Part shown: one piece after another, positions 1 through 9,464 of the stretch
Numbering within the stretch: position 1 is the first letter of the stretch
Layout of the letters: the number at the start of each line of letters is the position of its first letter
From: a virus
Reading direction: 5' to 3' (one strand)
Length of the DNA: 64,000 nt
IMG/VR virus record: IMGVR_UViG_3300042013_000045
Span: 108,838 to 172,837 of that record
Notes under the pieces: generated by a model
What the model saw: the letters and a program-made list of their open reading frames with translations, nothing else
Database searches by the model: none
What the model was told of the DNA's origin: nothing
Translations under genes and position numbers: made by a program

Positions 1-368
1 ATTTCCAGCTCAACGTCGTGGTGACGAGAGTGAAGGATAGCGTCGCTGATCGCTTGTGGATCATCAGCAGGAACCTTCAACACCGCACGATGATGAACAT
101 CGATGGTGGTGACGCCCTTGAGCTGGCCGCGCTTCTGAGCCATCTCAGCGATGTTCAGGCTAGGCGGCAGTACCACTTCGATCGGTTCCATTGGAGGAAC
201 TTCTTCCAGATGCACAACACCGTAGCGTTCCATGATGTTGGTACGCAACTGACCCTTGAGCGTTTCGACTGGGTCGATCGGAGCCGGTTCAACACCAGCA
301 ACCACAGTCCCCTTCACGCCACAGAAGCGACGTTTGATAGCAACAGCACCAGCGAGTAATGCGAACAT
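1..368 (-). CDS. Hypothetical early protein, partial (runs off window start)
   Basis: ATG at 368 with AGGAG RBS; open frame MFALLAGAVAIKRRFCG... to position 1; downstream of early promoter motif. Confidence 0.75.
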   Translation of the reverse strand, partial: MFALLAGAVAIKRRFCGVKGTVVAGVEPAPIDPVETLKGQLRTNIMERYGVVHLEEVPPMEPIEVVLPPSLNIAEMAQKRGQLKGVTTIDVHHRAVLKVPADDPQAISDAILHSRHHDVELE

Positions 369-398
369 AATGAATCTCCTGAAGATAAGGTTAAGAGC

Positions 399-450
399 AG
401 AAAGATTAGTCTCTCTATTCAACTGTACAATGTATGGCTGAAAATAATTG
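399..450 (-). promoter_or_regulatory. Early phage promoter (TACATT core) plus conserved 23-bp leader
   Basis: Minus strand AT-rich...TACATTGTACAGTTGAATAGAGAGACTAATCTTTCT; 399-421 identical to 39465-39487. Confidence 0.65.
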
Positions 451-462
451 GAATCGAACATA

Positions 463-500
463 CGGCATAGAGGGAGAGCCATCAGGCTCTCCCTCTATGC
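463..500 (-). terminator. Hairpin terminator followed by TATGCCG
   Basis: 16-bp perfect inverted repeat gcatagagggagagcc-atca-ggctctccctctatgc directly after stop of 501..800. Confidence 0.8.
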
Positions 501-800
501 TCACATGGTTGGACACCGTGACTTGGCTACAGCCAGAAACTCAGCGTGGATGTCAAACAGTTGATCCATGGTGGTAGCGGTTTGTACAGCATCGATGAAG
601 TGACCAGACGAAGCCATGATGTGCGATAGGAGCACACGTACGGCGTCAAACTCATCACCTACTAGCTTTTCCACGGGAGCGGTCTTCCACGTCTCCATGA
701 GGACCCTGAGGGCGTTAGCGTTGCGATACACCTCTAACCACTTACCAGAGTTGCCACGGTCGATGTTGATGCTACTGGTTACTTGAACGACTGGAGTCAT
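501..800 (-). CDS. Hypothetical protein
   Basis: 99 aa, ATGA-coupled to upstream gene. Confidence 0.7.
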   Translation of the reverse strand: MTPVVQVTSSINIDRGNSGKWLEVYRNANALRVLMETWKTAPVEKLVGDEFDAVRVLLSHIMASSGHFIDAVQTATTMDQLFDIHAEFLAVAKSRCPTM

Positions 801-1204
801 GTGCGTTTGCCTTTCCAGCGTTTGCCCCCGAAGAGACGCACGCCGCCGTAGAAGATAGCGCTACGCCAGAGGGCTACCCCCTCGTTACGCAATGCTCGGA
901 AATAGATAGCGTCAGCGTCAGCCCGGTAAATGGTTGCACCGGAATCAGGAAGGCCGCCACCGTAGAGATAATCGTGGATGGTTGCTGCTTTATCCCCATA
1001 CCCTGCCAACAGAGCGTAGATGATAAAGAAGCCAATGTCTCGCAAGGTTTTGATCGAGGCAAAGTCGGTGAAGCTGTTAGCAGGTGCGGTGATCACACCA
1101 TAAACAGCATCGACACAGCTGAACGGTGCCAGCAGCATCTTCTTACGTTTGCCTACGTGACGGGTGTCTAAGTTGCCAAAGACAGATGTATCGGTGTCAG
1201 CCAT
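797..1204 (-). CDS. DUF1353-family protein
   Basis: Motifs FTDFASI, AATIHDYLY, ADAIYFRAL, YGGVRLFG. Confidence 0.8.
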   Translation of the reverse strand: MADTDTSVFGNLDTRHVGKRKKMLLAPFSCVDAVYGVITAPANSFTDFASIKTLRDIGFFIIYALLAGYGDKAATIHDYLYGGGLPDSGATIYRADADAIYFRALRNEGVALWRSAIFYGGVRLFGGKRWKGKRT

Positions 1205-1265
1205 GACAGGTTCCCTAAGAACACAAAAAATAAAGGTACTTCATATCATCACGGCATAAGAAAGG

Positions 1266-2006
1266 AATGGCCCCCACTCATCTAAGACTCTCGATGTATC
1301 CCCTAGCCCTTGGGCTGGTTCAATCATGGAGTCGGTAGTGAGAGGAGGCACATTGATACAGCTCGCATTGCCTAAGGAGGGATGCGATGAGGGACGTCTA
1401 TCCCTTATAAGGCGGAACTTAATCCGTTTTGGCTGTTGTCGGTTCGGCCATGGGCTTACAGGGTCTGGAACCCTGGGCTTGGGGCCGTAGTACTCGTCAT
1501 GCGGCGTGGTAATGTGAACAGTACAACCTGCTGAACGGCGGCCTGTTCGGGCGACTCGAAGGTTTTACCCGGACGATGTCGAACGAACTTGGCGGCAACC
1601 GGGACTGTGTAAAGCGACGCATCGCTATTCACTCCCGTGGGTGCAAGTTGAACATGGCAGGCTTCGGGTTGTTTATACCCGATAGCACCGGCATTACTGA
1701 AGCACATTACTAATCCGCAGACAATTGCGGCGAAGCTCAGTTCAAGGTCCTTAGAGGGATACGTTTTCCCTCGGAGTAGGAGTTCATATTTTGCAATCAC
1801 GTATCAGGCGCCCCCAGACGACCACCTTATGGTCGCGGGGATGCCGTCGCACGGACAGCGTGGTAGGGTTTCGCGGTATCATCGGCACGGCGTGGATGCG
1901 TATCCAATCAGCGCGGAGCGACGCAAGAACTTGCGCCCTCCAAGTGCTGTAGGAAGCCCTAAGCGTCCTAAACACATCACGCAATGCCGAGAACAGAGAC
2001 GGCATT
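1266..2006. ncRNA. Putative large structured RNA or ssDNA element made of ~20 tandem hairpins
   Basis: Consecutive inverted repeats across the whole interval; promoter-like motif at 2045-2073 and TATGCCG end at 1252-1258 on the minus strand. Confidence 0.55.
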
Positions 2007-2044
2007 CAGAACATCCTTTTACAAACTACCGGCAATCTTTTCAT

Positions 2045-2073
2045 CATAGCACATTGATATCATGGAATTATTT
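2045..2073 (-). promoter_or_regulatory. Bipartite promoter-like motif AATTCC-N4-TATCAAT-N4-TATG
   Basis: Same motif and spacing at 33969-33993 upstream of the tRNA/ncRNA operon. Confidence 0.6.
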
Positions 2074-2620
2074 ACCGGCGTTCGAAGTCCAGTTGGTAAA
2101 TGTGACTGAGGAAGTCGTGACCGTGTTCGAGGAGTACTTCGCTTACATTCTCGTTGGACGACATCTTCTTCATCTTTACAATGCGCCCGTTCTGCACAGT
2201 AAGTCTGACATAATAGCCAAACTCTTGCAGGTTAGTGTTCAGGTCGATGGTGTGAGGGCCATGTACTTTCCAATTCGCGCCCTCGAACAAGTTGATACCC
2301 ACACGAGAGACCGTCTCAACCTCAACCGTGGGCACAACTTCAGCCGATAGATGAGACGCTAGTATCACCGCAGCGTACATCTTCGCGTGGATAGCTGCCT
2401 GACCACCAGTGAGGGACATCAGTTCCTCGAGTTCGGCGACTTCGCGCTCCATCTCCAGTTTACGGAACTCTTCGAGAAGCTCCTCCAGTGGTCTCCAGTG
2501 CGTGGTTGTCCAGATACCGTACACTTCACCCTCATCGTCGGTGATGAGCTTTACAGGACGTAGGTTATTGATCACTGGTGGGCTCCCCTTTAGGTCGGAC
2601 AGGTGTAGTTGTGCAATCAC
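2072..2620 (-). CDS. Hypothetical protein (paralogue of 2565..3125)
   Basis: PVKLITDDEGEVYGIW...LEELLEEF vs PVTLKYDPENGVTGIW...IEQMFEEL. Confidence 0.75.
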   Translation of the reverse strand: MIAQLHLSDLKGSPPVINNLRPVKLITDDEGEVYGIWTTTHWRPLEELLEEFRKLEMEREVAELEELMSLTGGQAAIHAKMYAAVILASHLSAEVVPTVEVETVSRVGINLFEGANWKVHGPHTIDLNTNLQEFGYYVRLTVQNGRIVKMKKMSSNENVSEVLLEHGHDFLSHIYQLDFERR

Positions 2621-3125
2621 GTCCTTCGAACAGTTGGTGCATGTCGGTACCGTAAGGAATGATGACCTCTTCGGTCTGTACCCACGCCTGACCGTTCCAC
2701 TTGGACAACCCTACTACCAGTTCACCGTCAAGATGGACTGAGTATCGAGTATCGAGTTCAGGATCTCTGTCATTAAGGATCTCGAACTCGACCGACATTG
2801 TACCGGTCACGCCCCAGTTAGGGTTAGACAGCGGTTCGAAGACTGTCTTACCGATGATCTCAACCACGTGAAGACCGTTCATGGCTTTCGTGTTGACAAC
2901 CAAATGGCGAAGACGACGACTGACTTCCATCATCTTCGCGAAATCTGTATCAGTGCCCATGTACGCACGGATCTTCGCCAGTTCTTCTGCATGACCAAAG
3001 GTTTCCAGTTCCTCAAACATCTGTTCGATGCCTTTCAGTTGGTTCTGATACCAGATGCCGGTCACCCCGTTCTCGGGATCGTACTTCAATGTGACAGGGT
3101 ATTCGCTGTGATAATCATACTGCAT
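2565..3125 (-). CDS. Hypothetical protein (paralogue of 2072..2620)
   Basis: 186 aa, GGAG RBS. Confidence 0.75.
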   Translation of the reverse strand: MQYDYHSEYPVTLKYDPENGVTGIWYQNQLKGIEQMFEELETFGHAEELAKIRAYMGTDTDFAKMMEVSRRLRHLVVNTKAMNGLHVVEIIGKTVFEPLSNPNWGVTGTMSVEFEILNDRDPELDTRYSVHLDGELVVGLSKWNGQAWVQTEEVIIPYGTDMHQLFEGRDCTTTPVRPKGEPTSDQ

Positions 3126-3182
3126 CGGTCTTCTCCGGCGGATTATTTACGAGTTTTACGACGGCTGACTCTTCAGGGTTCC

Positions 3183-3770
3183 TTAAACACAGCCATGGGT
3201 GCGGGCACCGGAATCTTCTTTAGGTTTTGCTATAGAAGCCGTAGGGATGTCCACTGGATACTTCTTGGCGTGAATCTCCTTGACAGTCTTGATGAGTTCC
3301 TCGACGTTGTACCATTTGTATTGTTCAGCCTGGCGGATGTCAGAACGTACCATGAGGTCTTGGATCTCTTCACGGGTCTCGCCGATCAGCATTGCGGCTT
3401 GGCCCTTCTCAGACTGTGACTCACTGCCAGAGTACGCCCAAGAGACACCTTCACCCATTGGCATGGCACGGCAGTACTTCTCGTCATCGTCGCCATTGAG
3501 ACCATTGGTCAAAGTGAACTCCATGTGGAACAGTTCCCCTTCCAATGTCAACAACAACACCTTAGGGAAGGATTGGGTCCCGTCGACACCGGCTTTCTTA
3601 CCGTCCATCCACGGTTTGAGGTTAGTGGCAGCTTGGTTGAGCCAGATCATCAATCCCTTGGAGCAGACCCACCATTCCAGCGGCATAAAGACTTGGGTCA
3701 TGCCAAAGGTGATGATATTGGTGTTGAAGAATAAGTGACCGTCTTTGTAGATAATAGTCTGGGCACTCAT
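3183..3770 (-). CDS. Degenerate Ntn-hydrolase-like paralogue of 3767..4297
   Basis: N-terminus SAQTIIYKDGHLFFNT resembles TTIVYKDGVLASDS but has no exposed N-terminal Thr. Confidence 0.55.
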   Translation of the reverse strand: MSAQTIIYKDGHLFFNTNIITFGMTQVFMPLEWWVCSKGLMIWLNQAATNLKPWMDGKKAGVDGTQSFPKVLLLTLEGELFHMEFTLTNGLNGDDDEKYCRAMPMGEGVSWAYSGSESQSEKGQAAMLIGETREEIQDLMVRSDIRQAEQYKWYNVEELIKTVKEIHAKKYPVDIPTASIAKPKEDSGARTHGCV

Positions 3771-4297
3771 GCTTTAATCTCCTTTGGGAACGCCTTCAGT
3801 TGCGTGTGCTTGATGGAAAGGACTTTGCTTGGGTAAGTGTAGTAGTCGAGCTTAATACCCCACTCAACGGCTTCTATGGCCGTCTTACCGGCCAAGCAGG
3901 CAACCATCGCCGGATCACGGCCCGTACCGATAGTGCTGAACTCATCGCCGATGAGACGAGAGAAGTGCTGAGTATTGTCTCGACGAACGCCACGACTGTA
4001 AGCACAGTCTTTGGTGATGATGATCCAGTCACGACCATCTAAGACATCCGTGATCTCTTTAGGGATCACGGTCGTAGGAGCGAATCCGTCGCGATGGGCC
4101 ATGAAAAAAGCAAGCAGCTTGATTTCAAAGTCCTTGATCCAATCGGGGTCAATGATCGCTCCAGAGATACCGTACGCAAAATGTTTACACGCACTGATAC
4201 GAATCTTGGGGTAGGTACTGATGTAAGCCACCGACGTACCGGTCACAGCGGATGAATCAGAGGCGAGAACGCCGTCTTTATAAACGATCGTAGTCAT
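3767..4297 (-). CDS. Ntn-hydrolase / HslV-proteasome-like peptidase
   Basis: MTTIVYKDGVLASDS N-terminus; IGTG motif; AIEAVE..IKLD.YT. Confidence 0.65.
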   Translation of the reverse strand: MTTIVYKDGVLASDSSAVTGTSVAYISTYPKIRISACKHFAYGISGAIIDPDWIKDFEIKLLAFFMAHRDGFAPTTVIPKEITDVLDGRDWIIITKDCAYSRGVRRDNTQHFSRLIGDEFSTIGTGRDPAMVACLAGKTAIEAVEWGIKLDYYTYPSKVLSIKHTQLKAFPKEIKA

Positions 4298-4316
4298 GAG
4301 AGTTCCCTAGGGTTGA

Positions 4317-4350
4317 CGGCATATAGCGCAGCACTAGTGCTGCGCTATAC
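4317..4350 (-). terminator. Hairpin terminator + TATGCCG
   Basis: tatagcgcagcac-ta-gtgctgcgctata preceded by cggca on + strand. Confidence 0.75.
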
Positions 4351-4367
4351 TCAGGCCGGACAGTAGA

Positions 4368-4700
4368 TCAGTAGTTCGCTTTACCGTGTGGAGCTTCGGT
4401 AGCTTTGTTCGGAGAACGAGTCGATGCCACGGCCTGCTGACGCTGAGGAGCGGCCGGGATCACGACTTCGGTGATGGTGCCGTCGGCAGTGAACAGGATG
4501 GTGGAACCGGCTTTGACCGCAACTTCGCCTTCGAACTTCAGGCGAGCCGATACGTCGTTGCCCAGTTGCAGGTGGAGCCCGTTGTCGTTGATGTCGATCA
4601 CGGTTGCGCTGTAATGCGTTACGCCTTCGATTTCAACGCGGTTCAGAGCGTCGGACAGGGTGTCGATGTACGGCTGGATCAGGGCGAGGTTCAGTTTCAT
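4368..4700 (-). CDS. Hypothetical protein
   Basis: 110 aa, phage-like codon usage. Confidence 0.7.
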   Translation of the reverse strand: MKLNLALIQPYIDTLSDALNRVEIEGVTHYSATVIDINDNGLHLQLGNDVSARLKFEGEVAVKAGSTILFTADGTITEVVIPAAPQRQQAVASTRSPNKATEAPHGKANY

Positions 4701-4702
4701 GA

Positions 4703-4888
4703 TTAAAATACCTGTTTGCGGATTGGGGTTGAGGGTTTCATTGAATCTACTGCAATTACATCACGTACAATGCAAGTGTTCACCACACCATTGCAGACGC
4801 CAGCTTCGTTAAACTGCCACGTACTGGTAAGTTTAACACCAGTCGTGCGGGCAACCATGATGGACTGGATACCACGAGAAGCTTTCAT
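4703..4888 (-). CDS. Hypothetical protein
   Basis: 61 aa, tightly packed with neighbours. Confidence 0.55.
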   Translation of the reverse strand: MKASRGIQSIMVARTTGVKLTSTWQFNEAGVCNGVVNTCIVRDVIAVDSMKPSTPIRKQVF

Positions 4889-5112
4889 TTAGGTTCTTCG
4901 CTGCATGTACCCAAGATGGTCGGGTACTTTGGGTTGAAGGGGTAAGACACGACCCACTTGTCGTCGTGTTGCTTGACGATCAGCTTCTTCGGATCGATGG
5001 GTGGAGCGCCCAGAGCTGCATCGTTGTCGTCGTACCAGCGACAGAGGGCGACTTTCGTGTCCTCGTCGATTGCCACTGGATGACTAGGGTTAAGCTTGGA
5101 CTTGAATTGCAT
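4885..5112 (-). CDS. Hypothetical protein
   Basis: 75 aa, operon packing. Confidence 0.65.
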   Translation of the reverse strand: MQFKSKLNPSHPVAIDEDTKVALCRWYDDNDAALGAPPIDPKKLIVKQHDDKWVVSYPFNPKYPTILGTCSEEPK

Positions 5113-5114
5113 GA

Positions 5115-5387
5115 TTAGCCACCTGTAGCTGCGCGGTCGTAGTAACGTTGGAGTTTCTCATACAATTTCTGCTTGCGCTTGGTGATGCGCGTGCTGATGC
5201 CCAGTGGCGAGGTGTGCTGAGAATTCCAGAATACTTCCCGCAGGTTGGTATGATCATTCAAGATGCACACCATGTAGCTGTCGCACAGACGGCGGTGCGG
5301 AGCACGGTGCATCTTTTCATGCTTCTGACGATCGAGACCTTCTGTCCCAACGTACTGGAAATGTTTCTTACCAAGACGACGACACAT
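5115..5387 (-). CDS. Hypothetical basic protein
   Basis: 90 aa, AAGGAG RBS. Confidence 0.65.
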   Translation of the reverse strand: MCRRLGKKHFQYVGTEGLDRQKHEKMHRAPHRRLCDSYMVCILNDHTNLREVFWNSQHTSPLGISTRITKRKQKLYEKLQRYYDRAATGG

Positions 5388-5396
5388 GGCCGCTCC

Positions 5397-5642
5397 TTAT
5401 TTGACAGGGGTACATTCCAACTTGACGCCAGTGATGTTGTTCGCCAGTCGTTCACCTTGCCGAGACTGCCAGAGGTCTGGGTAGCTCGTTTTGGTGTACT
5501 CTTCATTACGGGCATACGTCAATGCCACCGCAGCACGCAGCGAATGGCAATCGTCCATCGACTCCGTAGGGGTGATGTCAACACTGAAGCCGTGAACCCC
5601 AGCGGTGACGGTGAGAACCAATGCTGCGCCGACGGATGACAT
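5397..5642 (-). CDS. Hypothetical protein
   Basis: 81 aa, AAGGAG RBS. Confidence 0.65.
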   Translation of the reverse strand: MSSVGAALVLTVTAGVHGFSVDITPTESMDDCHSLRAAVALTYARNEEYTKTSYPDLWQSRQGERLANNITGVKLECTPVK

Positions 5643-5651
5643 GACTGCTCC

Positions 5652-5945
5652 TTAATTAGTACGGATGGTTGTAGCTTTCGCAATGAGGCCCGAACACACC
5701 ACGCCAGAGATCTGGTACCCATCACGGTTCTTGCCCGTGAACCCCTGACTGATCGAATCGCTACCACACGCCCACGGCTTGTAACCGGTTAAAGTCACCT
5801 CCGTGTAACCTGCCTCTTTCAAGACACGCTTGGTGTTAGGTGGTGATTTGACATTCTCGTGCATGATGGATAAAGCACCACCGCCGAGTATCACCAGATA
5901 AATCAACCACATATACGGGGATGATGAACGAGTCTTTCTGTACAT
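5652..5945 (-). CDS. Conserved phage membrane-anchored protein
   Basis: N-terminal TM; GYTEVTLTGY..AC...GF....G.VCSG...K..TIR pattern. Confidence 0.7.
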   Translation of the reverse strand: MYRKTRSSSPYMWLIYLVILGGGALSIMHENVKSPPNTKRVLKEAGYTEVTLTGYKPWACGSDSISQGFTGKNRDGYQISGVVCSGLIAKATTIRTN

Positions 5946-5998
5946 GTAACGCTCCGAATAGAAAGAGGGTGGTCACCCACCCTCTCCATTGCTACGGG

Positions 5999-7930
5999 TT
6001 AAGAAGCTGACACAGTACCAGTGACGACTTGGGTTTTCAGAGGGACTTCTGCGCCTGCCGGATCTTCAACCAGATCTTCTTCGTCAACCTTCACGTAACG
6101 ATCGACGATACGCGGGAACTTCGACACCTCAGGCTGCACAAGGTAGCCGTGCAAGGAGATGGCGTAGATCGCGAACTCACGACCCATCAGCACCGCATGT
6201 TCACGGGTGTACTTGACGCGCAGTTCGATGGTAGCCAACTGACCGTTACGCTGGGCGTGTGGGTCGAATGCACCGATCGGGAAGCCCACTGCTTGCTGAC
6301 CATCGCAACGCGGGATCGCCGTAGCAGCCGAGTAGTCTTCCAGTGCACGACGGTGATCGTACAGCTCGTTGAGCAGGCAGCTGGCGAACAGCGTAGGACG
6401 TGGCGCGCCCGGAGCTACCAGATCATCCAACAGGAAGATGACCGATGGCGACGAGTTCGACTTGTCCAGACCGATGGTTTCAGGCGTGGTTACCGCCGGA
6501 ATGTTGATGACCAGGTCGTTACCCTGACGCTCGGTTTTGTCGGTCACCATCGTGGTCACAGAGAACACGGACTCGTACGAGAACATGATGTGCGGGCACG
6601 GGCTCTCGATGGTGTCCCAAGTAAAGATCTTCTTCGCTTCCGGGTTAGCCATGCTGTTCCAGAACGCTGGACGCATCCGGGTGTTGACCGGGATGATCAG
6701 CGCCATGCTTTCGACATGTGGCATGACTTCGTTGAAGAAGTAACCGACGTCAGTGGTACCCGGTACGCGCAGTGGGCCGTTCGGGGTATCTTTGCCGTCT
6801 ACCTTGGCCTTGACTTTCGCGAAGTCAGCAAAGGAAGCCTGAGTGGTCGCGTCAGCCGGTTTAACGACTTCGGTGTACTTGGACTTCGACTCCCATACAA
6901 CCGGCAAAGCCGCTTCAGGGGTTTCCACTTGTTCCAGAGACGCCATGTAGCCGTTCTCTTCGAGGAACATGAGGGTGCCACCGATCTGCTTGGTCGAAGC
7001 AGGGGCCGAGGTGCGGCGATGCTTCAGACCGCTGGACTGAGTCTTCCAGAAGCCTTGTACCGCTTCGACGTTGGTCTTCGAATTGCCAGCCTTCTCCAGC
7101 TCGACTACCTTGGCGATGGTTTTACCCAGCAGGCTGTTCTTCAAAGTCAGCAGGTTCTGATCCGCCAGCGCGTAACGCCACACCATGTTGACAATCGCGG
7201 TTTCACGAGCGTACGGGTTGCCCAGTACTTCGTAAGACGGCGAAGCCTTCAGGGTTGCGATGGTAGCCAGGAAACCTTTGGTCAGGTGCAGGTTTTCTTC
7301 AGACGACGCTACGTGTTTCAGGACGCCCGATTGGAACCACTGCTCCATGATCGCTACAGCCGCAAACGGGGTGTTAACCGCGAAACGGATCAGGGCTTCG
7401 ACCTGAGCGTGCAGCTTGCCCGGATCAGGCATGTTCAGCTTCTTCAGCGTCAGCGGGCTGTGAGGAGTCATCAACGACGACTCAACATAGAAGTGACGGA
7501 ACTCTTTGCCGCCGTTGTTGGTCTGCTCGGTGTAATGAGCGTACGACGAGTTCATGTTGAAGACCGAGCTCACACGCGCTTCTTCGACGAAGCGTTTCAT
7601 GTCAGCCACGACCTTCTTCATTACTGGGTCAGACACAACGTCCGGGTTCCAGTAAACAGAATGCGAACCCATGTTGTCCAAGAACACCACCGAACCCATG
7701 CGAGCAAAGAAGCGAGCGCAGTGAGAGCAGTTCAGTTGCTTGCGCAGCTGGACAGCGTACTCTTCACCCTGTACTTCCAGCGCGTGCGACGAGATCAGGA
7801 ACAGGAACTTGGCAGCCAGAGTCTTGCGAATCTGGGTATTGAAGAAGACACCGTGAGGCTTGGACAGCAGCTCGTTGGAGGCAGCCTGCAATTCGTCCAG
7901 AGTCTTGTGGTAGTCGTAAACGTATTCCAT
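5999..7930 (-). CDS. Conserved jumbo-phage hypothetical protein (CxxC)
   Basis: 643 aa, AAGGAG RBS, LNCSHCARFF motif. Confidence 0.85.
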   Translation of the reverse strand: MEYVYDYHKTLDELQAASNELLSKPHGVFFNTQIRKTLAAKFLFLISSHALEVQGEEYAVQLRKQLNCSHCARFFARMGSVVFLDNMGSHSVYWNPDVVSDPVMKKVVADMKRFVEEARVSSVFNMNSSYAHYTEQTNNGGKEFRHFYVESSLMTPHSPLTLKKLNMPDPGKLHAQVEALIRFAVNTPFAAVAIMEQWFQSGVLKHVASSEENLHLTKGFLATIATLKASPSYEVLGNPYARETAIVNMVWRYALADQNLLTLKNSLLGKTIAKVVELEKAGNSKTNVEAVQGFWKTQSSGLKHRRTSAPASTKQIGGTLMFLEENGYMASLEQVETPEAALPVVWESKSKYTEVVKPADATTQASFADFAKVKAKVDGKDTPNGPLRVPGTTDVGYFFNEVMPHVESMALIIPVNTRMRPAFWNSMANPEAKKIFTWDTIESPCPHIMFSYESVFSVTTMVTDKTERQGNDLVINIPAVTTPETIGLDKSNSSPSVIFLLDDLVAPGAPRPTLFASCLLNELYDHRRALEDYSAATAIPRCDGQQAVGFPIGAFDPHAQRNGQLATIELRVKYTREHAVLMGREFAIYAISLHGYLVQPEVSKFPRIVDRYVKVDEEDLVEDPAGAEVPLKTQVVTGTVSAS

Positions 7931-8130
7931 GTGTTGCTCCTTGCGGTTAAAGTTTGATGAAACGTTTGCGGATCAATGCCACAAAGCGTTTATAAAGGGT
8001 TGGCTTTTGTTTGCGGTACTTCGTTTGGATATGTTGCATGGTGACATTGTTACCGTAGGTTTTGCACACTTTACTTCATCGTCCTAAGTGCTAGCACAAC
8101 ATGGTTAGGTTGAGTATCTTTTTACCCTCA

Positions 8131-8170
8131 CGGCATAGACAGGAGCCCGCGAAGGCTCCTGCCTAGCTAT
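8131..8170 (-). terminator. Hairpin terminator + TATGCCG
   Basis: caggagcc-cgcgaa-ggctcctg preceded by cggcata. Confidence 0.7.
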
Positions 8171-8174
8171 GGGT

Positions 8175-9464
8175 TTACCAGCGACTGGCCATCGCTGGAA
8201 TGACTTCGTACGAAGTACTGGCGAGTTTTGGGTTCACCTGATATTCGAGGAAGTTCACGTTCATGCCTTCTTCGGTCAGTTCCAATACCAAGGTAAAGGC
8301 CTCGGACTTGAACTTGGCGCGATGTACCTTTGGCATGTCGGAGCGGTTCAGTTGCAACACGAACCGATCGTCACCCACGGGACGCGCATCAAGGAAGCGC
8401 TTGTGGATCACGAAGCCACCGTCGTCAAACACTTCACCCATGATCAGCGGCTTGAAAGTCAACCGGATGCGCTGGTGCATTGGGTTGTCCCAGACACGCT
8501 GGCGGCGGATGCTCTCGGCCTTGAAGTAGTACTTGCGGGCTTCAGGGTCCTTGTGAGCGCCAATCGTCAGTGCGTGAGCCAAGATGGCACGGCCAGCTTT
8601 GGTCAAGTGAGAGTTATCGTCACGGAACCATTGCGGGTAATGCTTTTCAGCCCATGGAGCATAACGGCTCAAGTGCTTGCGCATCTGCTCACAGTTCACA
8701 CCACCACCGGCTTCCATGTAATACAGGTGCATACCACGGGTGGAGTCCACCATTGCTTCCGACATGTGTTCAGCGTCAGGGAGTACAACCATCCCTTTAG
8801 CCACTTCATTCATCGGTTGCAGTTCAGCCGGAATGGAGTCGATCATGCGAATGCCTTCTTCGCAATCACCTTCTTCCAACACAGCCTTTAACTTGGCGAA
8901 CCAATCAGCGCCGGTGTAAGTGCCCATGGTCCGAAGACCTTCATCGAGCAGCTCATTGACCATCTGCTCATCTTCTTCAGCCGCCAAACCGACAGGCTCG
9001 TCGAGCACGTAACTCGGCTCAACCGGGACCATACCCATTGGAACGCTGACTTCGATAACCCGAGTCATCTCCTCGATGATCTCACGCGGGGTATTGATCG
9101 GTGTACCTTCTTCACGAGGGTACATGGAATCGACCAGCGAAGTGTCGAACGGATTCGTCACAGGTGTAGCGCTTGGGACCGCACCTCGGATGTCCTGAGG
9201 ATCGGTACCATCAGGGAGGCCATCAATAATGCCCACAACGCCCCAACCAGTAACGCTAACGAAGTAACCATCCCAACCAATCCGACTGTCAACACATGGT
9301 GACAAGAAGACAGGTGTCGGGAGTGCGAGTTCACCCGGTTGCAGCGGTGCAATAGTGGACATCACTTCGAAAGCTTTAGCGCAGACGTCACCGAAGGTGT
9401 TGCCAATCTCTACAACAGTGGCCAGCGAGTCTTCAAGACTACCGCGATGTTCACGGAATTTCAT
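8175..9464 (-). CDS. Multidomain hypothetical protein
   Basis: 429 aa; N-terminal FREHRGSLEDSL...DSRIGW...GWGVVG module. Confidence 0.8.
   Translation of the reverse strand: MKFREHRGSLEDSLATVVEIGNTFGDVCAKAFEVMSTIAPLQPGELALPTPVFLSPCVDSRIGWDGYFVSVTGWGVVGIIDGLPDGTDPQDIRGAVPSATPVTNPFDTSLVDSMYPREEGTPINTPREIIEEMTRVIEVSVPMGMVPVEPSYVLDEPVGLAAEEDEQMVNELLDEGLRTMGTYTGADWFAKLKAVLEEGDCEEGIRMIDSIPAELQPMNEVAKGMVVLPDAEHMSEAMVDSTRGMHLYYMEAGGGVNCEQMRKHLSRYAPWAEKHYPQWFRDDNSHLTKAGRAILAHALTIGAHKDPEARKYYFKAESIRRQRVWDNPMHQRIRLTFKPLIMGEVFDDGGFVIHKRFLDARPVGDDRFVLQLNRSDMPKVHRAKFKSEAFTLVLELTEEGMNVNFLEYQVNPKLASTSYEVIPAMASRW

Noticed and set aside
1456-2005. ORFs 1456..1800 and 1784..2005 as confident proteins
   Set aside because: An AAGGA RBS precedes 2005, so translation is possible, but there are no recognisable motifs and the hairpin density is extreme; left uncalled
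6029-7957. 642-aa plus-strand ORF and many other long antisense ORFs (e.g. 39584..40582, 56582..57463)
   Set aside because: Shadow frames of real minus-strand genes caused by codon bias; no RBS, no recognisable motifs
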